Source: the human T2T-CHM13v2.0 reference genome, Homo sapiens. Taken from it: 64,000 bases of DNA. This document shows, piece after piece, positions 25,817-64,000 of the stretch. The first letter of the stretch is position 1; each line of letters opens with the position of its first letter. The notes below the pieces were generated by a model. It was not told where the DNA came from. It made no database searches and was given only the letters and a program-made list of their open reading frames with translations. Position numbers and translations under genes: made by a program. The stretch lies in NCBI RefSeq assembly GCF_009914755.1, contig NC_060930.1. One strand, given 5' to 3'.

Positions 25817-28800
25817 GCAAAGCTTCTCAAATGCAGCGGGAAGTCCATTTACCAACGGCTGTTGCGATCTCTTAATTAGCTTGAACTGAGTTTGTATTAG
25901 AATTTATAATTTTTACTGCATATTGCAGTTACTCGTATATTACTGACACTGGAACAGACATGTTTTAACAAACTGGTTGAGCCGTATCAGTGCGAACCAG
26001 CTGAATGTCAGCGCTGTTCCCTCCTGTGACAGAAGCCACCGGCGCCTGCCTGAGGGCACTCCCCTCACTGGGACTCTCAGTACCACGCCCACCTGTCCCC
26101 AAGGTTTGTTTCATCACTAAGCCCCACCTTCCAGCATTTTCACCTTTCTCCTTCACTTGATCCTTCTTCCTAACATCGTGTTAACACACTCCAAACTAAA
26201 AAAGTTCCTCAACTGCATATACTCTGCTCCCTCCATTTTTTTCTTTCATTGCAATCACTGCCAAACATTTTGAAAATTCTCTCCTCACCTCCACTGCCTT
26301 TACGCTTTTCCTCCAAATTATTCCTTAACCCTCTGACATCTGGGGCTTCTGATTCCACCTCTCCAAAGAAATGCTCCCACCAAGACCATGGAGGCCCCTC
26401 TCGTTGCTGGTGGATACTCGTTCATTTTCCCCGCCACCACCCATCAGCAGCGTTCCACGCCGCCCTTCCTTCCTTCCTTCCTCCCCTAGCTTCATCACAC
26501 CACGTTACTAGGTTTTTCCTGTCTCACTGGCTCCTTTCCCTGCTCTCCTTTTTATATGTTTCCTGCTTTCTTCCTCAGCCTTCTCTGCTCCCCACACCTA
26601 TATGTTGATGATGCCCAAATCTCTGTCTCCAGCCACGACCTCTCTTTCCCCAAGCTCCATTTGCATAAACTGTCTCTGATGAGATTTAGGGCGCTTACGG
26701 TGGTATGGCTGTAGACAACTGTCTCAGGAAACAGACCCATGACCCACCCAGTTGCCAAGTCAGAAACAGGATGTATACTCTTGACTTGTCTCTCTCCCCT
26801 ACACAGCAAAACAATCCCAAGACATGTCAATTCTATCTCCTGAGCAACCCATAAAACGATTTCTCTTCTTTCCATCTTCCATTACCCTAATTCTGGTGTT
26901 CATTCTCTCTCCCTGGGATGGCTGTAAAAGCCTCTGATTTCTCCCCTTTCCAAACCAGTCTCCACACTGCAACCATAGTGATCTAAGGCACAATTCTCAC
27001 CTTTTCAGTCTTAGGCTTAAAGTTCAACATCCCTCTGGATACAGTCTAAATCTTTAACACGGCTGAAAAGGCCCAGCAAGAGCTGGACCAAGCCCACCTC
27101 TCCAGCTTCACCTTTCCTCATTTCTCCTTTGCACCCTCTGCCTCTGAACAAGTTACAGTCTTCCAAAGTTGTCATGTTTCTTGACCTTTGCTGTCTCCTC
27201 TGCCCAGAATGCAATTTCCCTGTCTGGCTAACTCCTGTCCAGCATTTGGCCTCAGCATGGACATCTGTTCCTCTAGGACGCTTCCCCTGATTCACCAAGA
27301 CCAGCTTAACTGCCCCTACTGGCTGTTCCTATAGCAATTCTTTACCACAGACTACTGATTTTTTGTGTTTGTTTTGTTTTGGCAGTCTGACATAACTTTA
27401 TACTAATGCAGCTTCTAGCCCTGTCCCCCACTCCTTCCTGATCAGTATCCCAATGTCCCTCCTATATGGAGCCACCACTACCCCACAGGATCCTGTACCA
27501 CCCTTCTCCCAGAACTTATCACACTTTTTTTTTGTAATTGTGTTTCCATTCTCCAATAAATTGTGAGTGCCACAAAGAACCATTTCTATCTCACTTACCA
27601 CTTGGAAGTGACTGGCAGGTAGTAATTGCTCAACAAATGTTCTATGAGTGAATGAATCCTTGGGATAATTATAGTACTAACCATCTTATTTAGTTATGAC
27701 AGTTCAATAGAAACACGTAAAATAATGCTTTTATAGTTTACATACTGCTATAGAGCTATTGTATTATATTATTATTATTCTATTCCTACCCTCTATTGCT
27801 TGAGAGTAGGATATTGCCTTATTCAATTTTGGTTATTGTCCCAGAACTCAGGGATATATGTCTGGCATATATTGTTTTTAACCAATTTTTGTTGACTGTA
27901 TCAATGATTGTAAGAAGTGAACAAAGGGCCAGATAATTGAACTATCCTGGACCACACACAGCTACCCTGTTCCAGAAGCAGGACTATAATCCCATCTGGA
28001 AAAAGGGAAACTTGGAAGTTGACATCTAAATGAAATTCCAGCATGGATGAGAGAAGCCCTGATTTCTCTCCATCAAGAGACTAGCCAGCTATGGAAGCCA
28101 CCAGAGCCCCAGACCTCCATGGTCAAGTATTCACATAGTAGACATGACCCAGACAAGAGGGTGCGTATTTCAGCGTGGAGGGGAGACTGGGCCCTTGGTT
28201 TCCTGTGTCTTTGTAGTCAGTTCTAACCTCAGCCTCAGGCACTGGTGTTGGGGCCCTATTCATCCTCATCTGCACGTCCCTCAGTTCTTTTCCTGTTGCT
28301 ATTATCCTATAGAGTCAGCAAGTCATGGAAGAGGTTTTACAGTCTAACCCTGTGGGGGTGTCAGGAGTTGCCTCCTGCCAGGTCTTCAGCATAAAAATCC
28401 CCCCTCCTCAGCTCCCAGTCAATTCTTCATCCCCACCCCTAGACTCTCCCAAATACCCCTGATGAAACCCCTGAGGTGGAAAAAGATAAAGACAAGCAAA
28501 GATAAACAGCACAGGAAGCAGAGGTACAAATAGAATTCTGATTTTTCTCCTTTCTCTCCACATTTTGAGGAAATGAATCCAATGTCCTCACCCCACCTCC
28601 TGCAGCGGAGAAGTCCCCTGAGCATCTCTGAACATCATGAACCCTCAAAGTAAGCTTAGCTTGGGCCCCTTTTCCTTTTCTATCAGTGAGGCCAAAGAGC
28701 CCCAGATGGGAGACAGGTGGATTTTTCTCTCAGCTGGGACCTTTTCTCTTTCTTGTCTAGCACATTTTGGGAAACCTTCAAGTACATTCTCATGCTGGTA

Positions 28801-29846
28801 TTATTTAAACTTTGCACTGGAGTGAATTCCAGGAGTTATGTCCACACTGAGACCAATGGAGATGAACCTAAAGCAATATGTGGCCAAACACCTTAGCCTC
28901 TTTAAATATACTTTCCTTTGCTCCTTGGTTAACAGGGTCTGTCTGCTCGCATTAGAGAAACTGCCCAGTGACTCAGATCCTGAAAGGATCTGCTTTAGAG
29001 AAAAAAGGAGTCTGGTACTTCTCACTCCATCTAGTGGGCAACCTGTCCAACTACACTTTTTGCTATCATCCAATACAGACAACACTGGCAGTCAATAAAA
29101 AAGCTCATTCTCCCATTTCTAAAAGAATTCAATCTAGGAGTCTAGCTGCTGGCTTAACAAAGGGATATACAGCAAAGCCTAAGGTGCCCTGACTCACGAG
29201 AGAGCTGATTTCTGCCGAAATGCTGAGGTGAAACCCTAAAATGGTTCTGGCCACCTGCTAGGTTCTAGCTCAGACCCTGCACTGGATCATCTTTGTTCCA
29301 CCCCCAAACCAGAGTAAATGGAATTCAGGAGGCTGGTTCTGTGCCCGCCCCTATGTACCTCAAATACTCGTAGCTGCCAAGCTTTTAAACAATGAAACTT
29401 AACACTGTACTTAAAGGGCTGTTCTGCTCAAATCATAAATGTGCACGCTAGTTGTTCACCAGTAATTAAAACTACTCGTACACATTTAATCAACATTTTC
29501 ACAAGCGTTTTGCCTTAACTAAAAATTTGTATCAACATGAAGTCCTAGAATTATACTGCATGAGCCCCCAGGATTTGGAGAACATCATTCACCCTTCTTA
29601 ATCCAAAAACTTGGGTGCCTGAAGGTGGGGTTTTGATCATGGCCAGGCTTCAAATTTAGGTCAGGCTCTGGTGGTACATCCTTATATGCTTGGTGCTCAG
29701 CACAGGTCAAGACACACAATAGACCCTCAATAAATATTTGCTGAATTTGAACAATTCCTGTAAAAATCTCATTAAGAGACATCAGCTTGGGACACAGTTC
29801 CTCTCTTACTGTTCCTTCTCCCAGAAGCTCCTGGAATGAGCAGGTC

Positions 29847-29863
29847 TGGCGGCAGGGGGCACA
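29847..29863 (+). promoter_or_regulatory. Putative CTCF site
   Basis: TGGCGGCAGGGGGCACA matches the CTCF core. Confidence 0.5.
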
Positions 29864-30154
29864 CAGGGCTGCTGCTCAAATCGGAGAATGGCACAAACTC
29901 CAAAAGGGAGCTGGATTTAGACCTCCCCTCCCCATGTAGATAACGGGATTCCTAAGGTGCAGAGTGGGAGAATGGGTAGAGGAAGCAGGTTTCAGAGACT
30001 GAGAACCTACTAAACTCCTAAGAGAACTTTCCCTTGCAAAGAGAATGCATGAAAAAAGAAGGGAGAAGAGGAGAGAAGCCTCCCACAGCTGTTAGCCTGG
30101 AACAGCCGCTCTCACCTCAGTTCATCTGGGGAAGGGGCTACAAAGCAAACAATC

Positions 30155-30160
30155 TTTATT
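30155..30160 (-). terminator. GNL1 proximal polyadenylation signal AATAAA
   Basis: TTTATT on the + strand ~87 nt past the stop codon. Confidence 0.7.
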
Positions 30161-30246
30161 CACAATTGGGGTGGCAGAGGGGAGATACCCCCAGGTCAGT
30201 CCAAAAGCAAAGATACTGGGAGGGAAGATGGCGCTGGGCGAGGAAC

Positions 30247-40379
<10,133 letters not shown>

Positions 40380-41520
40380 GGCCCGGACCAGTCACCTGGC
40401 CCGCCCTCCGCCGAGCTCCCGCCGCCTCAACTGACTGCCCCCCGGGGCAGCCCCCGCCGCAGGGGCCCGGGACCCTAGAGGAGGCGGGGCTAGCAGGTGA
40501 CGTCAGCGGGCGGGCCCGACAGAATTACCGCCGCGGCGGCGATGGAAGGCGGACGGGGGAGATATAGTCACTTCCCTCCAGGAGCGAGGCGAGAGGATGA
40601 TGCGGGGTGGGCTACTGGCACGTGAGAGCCAGTGGCACCGAGAGGGCGCCCCGGCGGCGAGGAAGGAGGCGCGCGTGGGAGGACCAGGCTAACTCCGTCA
40701 CGGACGCTACCAACTCGCGTTCGGAGGAGGGGGGGCGCGTGTCATCACTACCTTGCGCTCCCGGGAGAACCTACCACTCACCTGGAGGGGGCGGCGGAGC
40801 GGAGGGCGGGGCCTACTACCTAGGGGAGAGGGGGCGTGGACACGCTGAGGCTATACTACAAAGCCCCGGGCTTGACCTTAGTGGAAAGCCGAGACTGCGT
40901 CCAGGTTGCTGGACTACACCGGGGGCACGGTCAGAGGTCTTTAGGGGAGGGCGGCGGTCTGAGAGTCCTGGGTGCCGACCTGTTGGGACCCAAATTCCTT
41001 GTGGGAACGATGATAAGGAGCAGGTTTACAGATCATAAGTGCAAAAGCGGGCGAGAAGGGAAACCCAAGCGGGACAAGGACTTTTGGGGGGAGGTCAAAG
41101 GGCACGAAGTTGTGCCTGCAGCTGTTACCATAGTAACCGAGGACCGGATGTGGCGATCTTACGGTGCGACAGTCCTCTTCTCAGGCCCTCTGGCCCGAGA
41201 GCCTGTTGACTCTGTGACACACTCTGAGGAGCTGGTTGTGGTGTTTTCCAGCGAGGGAAGAAAAGAGTAATTTTTTCAAAGCATTTATAGAAACGCAGCA
41301 AAGGGAAGGTGTGAGGTTGCCGCCATGCCTGGCAGAGACGGAGGGAGGCAGTTGGCTCCGGAATGCGGCCGCCGCAGATGTTCTCCGCAACCTTCCGGAA
41401 GTGGAATGGCGGGAGCCTCAGCATTGCTGCCCACCGACCCCCCGGAAGCGGAAACAGAATCCCCGCGTGCCCCTTCCTCACTACCCTCCAAATCCCGCTG
41501 CAGCCATTGCCGCAGACACG

Positions 41521-46671
<5,151 letters not shown>

Positions 46672-47866
46672 GACTGTGCCTTCCCATCCAGGCTGGAAGG
46701 AGCTCTCTGTGACCTAGCGGCCATTTATTTCTCTGTAGCCCTATGATGGCTACTGTGAGGCTCTTCTAACACCCTCAGTCAGTGACACACCCATCCCATC
46801 CACCACTTCCCCCGTGTGGGGTCCAGAGTGGTGTTGCATCACTGGTGCGCGGCATACGCGCTTTCTTCTGATCCAGCCTGTAGAGACTCGCCTTCGGGAC
46901 CCATCTTTGCTTCCTTTCAGTTGCCTCCTGGATCTTCTTTCCCGTCATCAAATGACTGCTGAACAGGAAACCTCTTTGGTGCTGTTTCTTGTGCATCTGT
47001 CCACCTGTTCCCCAGTATTGCCCTCAATTCCTGAGAGCCCTGGAGCGGTTTCCTACCATTCCCTTCTTTTAGCTGCTTGTTTTAAGTCCTTTTTATGTGA
47101 CATTCCCTACCCCCAATGTTGTCAGCTGCTTGTGAAACTCAGCCAGGTTGTCTAACCTGGGGTCAAGTTTGGGTGACTGGTGCAGAGTTACTTCCTAAAA
47201 GGCCACTCTCCCTGCCTTTGGATTTCATAGTTTCTCTGTCAGTAGCATGATCCCCACCGCTATGGTCTATCTATGATCACCGTGCTTTGTGAAACTGTGC
47301 ATCCCCTTGTAGCCTTTCTCAGTGTCCGTGGCATTTTTGTGACTTCCCAGCACTAGAATAAGTTTTCCTGCCAAAATGAGTGAGGCGCTTGGTGCCCTCT
47401 GGACTTTCCCACTTCCCAACATGGGAGAATTGTGAACTTTCCATCAGACTGCCTCCCTGGCCCTCCCCATTCTTCTCCTGTTGGTTATTCTGAGTCTGAC
47501 ACAGACCCATGACATGTCTTATAAAGCCTCCAATGGCTTTATCCTACCTAGATCCCTTCCAGCCCATTTTAATTAGACTATGTCATTGTGAGGCCACCAG
47601 TCCATTCATTTGAATTCTGTGAATCTCCACCTTGCCTATCTTTGGGTAGAAGCTGGACAGTACTGTTGCCCTCTTCCAATCCTCTTCCCCTACATCCCTG
47701 GCACTGGTTGTTTTCTGTGAAAACAGCAGTGAACAGGTTCAGTTTTGAACTGGCCCTGAGGAAATGGGTCAGGAGTTGTATTGGCAAGAGGGAGGGGTGA
47801 GAGCTGTTGGAGAACTGAGAATGAGGTTTTTTTTTTTTTTTTCTTTTTAACTTTTTTTATATTAGT

Positions 47867-47872
47867 AATAAA
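47867..47872 (+). terminator. PRR3 polyadenylation signal AATAAA
   Basis: AATAAA ~1.2 kb after the stop, preceded by a U-rich tract and followed by a T/GT-rich element. Confidence 0.7.
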
Positions 47873-48900
47873 TGCAGTGGAAACCAGCATTTTATTTAAT
47901 CCCTGTGTTCTAGTCATCTCTGGAGTTGCAGATGAAGCTGTTCTCACCTGGTGGAGTCAGCTTATTCTTTAGTTCATACACACTAGTGATGGGGAATGAC
48001 AAAGCTTAAGGTTCTTCCAGGCTGAAAAAAACCAATGGAGGTTCCATTAGCCTGTAGGCATCAACCAGAACAAGCTGCCTTATGTTCAAGGGCAAAGTTT
48101 TGTAAGAAAAAGGAAAGGCCAGGTGTCCGTGGAGTTATTTTTAAATATTTTACTTTGCAGAGTTTGTGTTTATGGAGTGGTAATGATGAAGGAGTCTTTC
48201 AGCAGCAATTTGCAGAATGCCTGTGGGCCAGGCAATATACCAAGCACTAGAGATAACTGACAGCCAAAGCCAATGGATTTAAAATGTACAGGGAAGACAG
48301 GTTTCTCATAATCACAAATAGCATGTAAAGTTAAACCTGTCAAAAGTGCTGGGAAGAAGACAGGGAAGAAAAGAGGGTGAAAGAGAGTTGTGTAATAAAG
48401 GGAGTCAGGGTAGGAGATGCAACTGAGACAAGCTCCAAAGGATAAACAGGAGGTGGGGTGGGAGAGGGAAGTCAAGGCAAAGGTCTTCGCTAAAAGACCT
48501 AGGGGAAGAGGAGCTAAGAAACCTAGGGACAGTGGGAGATGATGCAGAAGAAAGAGGAGTTAGACCACTCAGGGCCTTGGAAAACATGAAGATTTGGCTC
48601 TTTTCTTAGAACAGAAGCCTTTGAAGAATTTTAGACAGGAGTATCATGGCTTAGGCTGGCTTTTCAAAAAAAATCAGCTTGTATGGAGAGGGCCCACCTT
48701 GGACCTGGAAGTTAATTAGAAGGCTACTGGCTACTTCAGTAGTACAAGTGAGCCATGATGGTGACATAGACTTGGGTAGTAGAGTTGGAGAAAAGTAGAC
48801 ATTTGAAAATTACAGGTCAAAATAAAAGTATCAGATTTCTCCAGGTAGTTCTGGCTTATGTAACTGCCATTTAAAAAGAAGTCTTAAGATAGAAGTTTAT

Positions 48901-53564
<4,664 letters not shown>

Positions 53565-55073
53565 CCAGGTCATCCTTTTAAAATGTAGGTTGGATCACAT
53601 CACTCTGCTCAGAACTCTGCAGTGACTTCCATTTAAATCAACAGAAGAAGCCAAAATCCTTAAGATAATTTAAAAGACCTTTCCCAATCCAGACCCTGCT
53701 TTACTTCTCTTTTCACCTTTCCCACAACTCTGGCTCACTCATGCCACTCCAGCCCCTCTTGCCTCCTTCCTGTTTGTTCCCCATGTATGTCCGAACACTC
53801 CTGTCACAGGGCTTTACTCCAGCTGTTTCTTATGCTAGAAAGGCCCTTCTCCTGGAAATCCATGTGGCCAAAACTAATCTTCTTTAATGATTTGCTTGAA
53901 TTTCACTTTACTGAGGCCTCATTTAAGACTAAAATCTGTCCTCTTGATACTTTTAAACTTGATCCATATTTTCTTTTATCTATAGGATCATCTCCCCTGC
54001 TGGAAACGTAATCAGAGATCTTTATTTTATTCAGTAGTATCCCAAGAGCGTAGAAGAGTGCCTGGCACATACTATACACTCAATAAATATATTTGTTGAA
54101 CAGATGAATGAAAAAATGAGGCAGACTTAGCTGGCTGATGGATTGATTAGGGGAGGAGGAATGGAGAAAGAGGATGATGACCTTTCAGTTTTGGCCCAAA
54201 TAACTGAATGACCTGTGGTGCAATTTCTTGATGGGGAAGCCTGGAAGAGACAGGATTTAGGAGTAAGAACAAGAGCTCCATTTTGTACGTATGAGAGAGA
54301 TTTATTAAAGATCTCAGAGAAGATGTCCCATAAGCAGTTGAATTCATGAGCCTGGAGCTCGGGGCAGAAGTTGGGGGCCAGCAAGAGAAGTTTGGGAATC
54401 TTCATTGGTTATAGATGGTATTTAAAGTCAGGAGGTGATAGGTGATAAGTCTAGATTAAGGAGAGTGTCAAAGATTTAGCCCTGAGGCACTTCAACATTT
54501 AGACTTCAGGAGAAGCCCATTAGATGCAAAGGAAACCTATAGAGAGTAGTGTCCCTGAAGAAAACAAAGGAGGGAGGGAGCGACCAAGTCTATCAAACAT
54601 TGATGGGAGAGTGAGTAGGATGGCCCCAGATCTGTTGACTTTGGCAAGTGTGAATTCAGACAATGGTGGCAACAAAAGCATGATTGTAGTGGTTTGAGAG
54701 CTGACAGAACTACAGGAGCACCTTGCTCAAGCTCCCATATTAAGTGGTAGAGTTAGAAGTGAACCAAAGTCTTGATTGTGGTGATAGTTTACTGGGTTTA
54801 TGCAGGTCAAAACTTATTTAAGTGATACTTTGCAGTTTATTTTGGGTGCCATTTTATTTTGTGTACAGTTTATTGTATGTCAATTATATCTCAGTAAAGC
54901 TGTTACCAAAAAAAATAAATGAACCGAAGCTCCACTGCACCGTGACTTCTGCATGTTGGGCTCCAGTTCCCTGTTTACAATTGTACACTTCGGGATTTTG
55001 TGACACATTTCAACACTGGACCGATCAGACCTCTCCCTTAGCCATTGGTCTGCACTGTCTTTTCTGCCCATGA

Positions 55074-55254
55074 CCCAGTCAGTCTCGCGCCCCATGACCC
55101 TCTCCTAAAACACGCGCAGTCTCCTCTCTCTTCCCCTTCCTCTCGTGTCTTCCTTGCCTACCAGCCTCACCTGATGGGCTCGTGTTCTCTCCGTCCCCGA
55201 TCCACTCGGGCTCCGGCAGCTGCTGCTTGGGCGCCTTCGGCATCGCGGTGGCAG
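55074..55254 (-). repeat. Inverted duplicate of ABCF1 exon 1 and intron-1 start (partner arm 55656-55836)
   Basis: Manual reverse-complement alignment: 181 bp, 9 substitutions, no gaps; ATG (55243) and donor (55171|55170) retained. Confidence 0.93.
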
Positions 55255-55666
55255 AACTAGAAACGAGTTACAGATAGAAACTAGAATATGCTTTTTAAAA
55301 AAACAAAAAACAAAACAAACAAAAAAACAGTATGCCTCAACTCCTTCATACTAGTAGGAAATTATTATGTTCATTCCTTGAGTCTCGCGGCGTCGGGAGG
55401 TCACGGCGTCAGGCTTCCCAGACAGTCGTAAACGCCATGTGTTTACGCGACTGGAGCAAGCGGACGCCGGCCCCGCTCCGTCATTGCAGGCCACGCCTCC
55501 ACTGAACCAGGGCCACGCCCCCGAGATGACGGCGAAGCTCGCACGTGCGCAGCCCGGGGGCGGGGTTGGCCGCGCCAGCTTGGAGAGCCAGCCCCATCGG
55601 GGTTCCCCGCCGCCGGAAGCGGAAATAGCACCGGGCGCCGCCACAGTAGCTGTAACTGCCACCGCG

Positions 55667-62758
<7,092 letters not shown>

Positions 62759-62963
62759 GTGACAGTGGTGGCTCGATCAGTCACTCTCACTCCATTTAGC
62801 ACCTTCTGGCCATGGTGGAGTAATTTCCCGCTTTTAAACTAGCTCTTCTCGGTCTGTCTTACTTATACTGTTAAAATCATCTTTTTAGAATACATGCCCA
62901 GGCTGGGCACAGTGGGTCACGCCTGTAATCCCAGCACTTTGGGAGGCCGAGGTGGGCGAATCA

Positions 62964-63317
<354 letters not shown>

Positions 63318-63503
63318 TTAGTCCATGTCCATTTGAGCTCTTGAGAAAGCCTCCAGTGCTAGTGCCACTCACTCTGGTGGCGCACTTGCCTGACTTATAA
63401 TCCTTAGCCTTGCTGACGTTCCCTAGTTATCTCTTCGCTATCTAGTCTGAAGCTGGAGGGTAGGGTTTTTCTGGGTCTCATTTTTCGTCAGCAGCACTCA
63501 ATA

Positions 63504-64000
<497 letters not shown>

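Overview
Human genomic DNA that I recognise from the encoded proteins as the MHC class I region (6p21.33) around GNL1-PRR3-ABCF1. Positions 1-25,100 are a repeat-dense intergenic block. It contains a small CpG/promoter-like patch, a solo LTR12 (ERV9) inserted into an Alu, a near-full-length but inactivated L1PA, LTR8/MLT1/MLT2 LTRs and many Alus. Three genes follow. GNL1 is complete on the minus strand (12 coding exons, 607 aa, circularly permuted GTPase). PRR3 is complete on the plus strand (4 coding exons, 188 aa, CCCH zinc finger) and shares a bidirectional CpG-island promoter with GNL1. ABCF1 is on the plus strand, with only its first 6 coding exons present. I read the exon boundaries by hand and the frames close correctly. 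The most unusual structure is a 181-bp inverted copy (~95% identical) of ABCF1 exon 1 and its intron-1 start, on the far side of the ABCF1 promoter. It keeps the Kozak ATG, an open frame and the 5' splice site. It points toward GNL1, and its 73-nt coding part has the same length and phase as GNL1 coding exon 1. Most ORFs in the supplied track are Alu, L1 or antisense artefacts.
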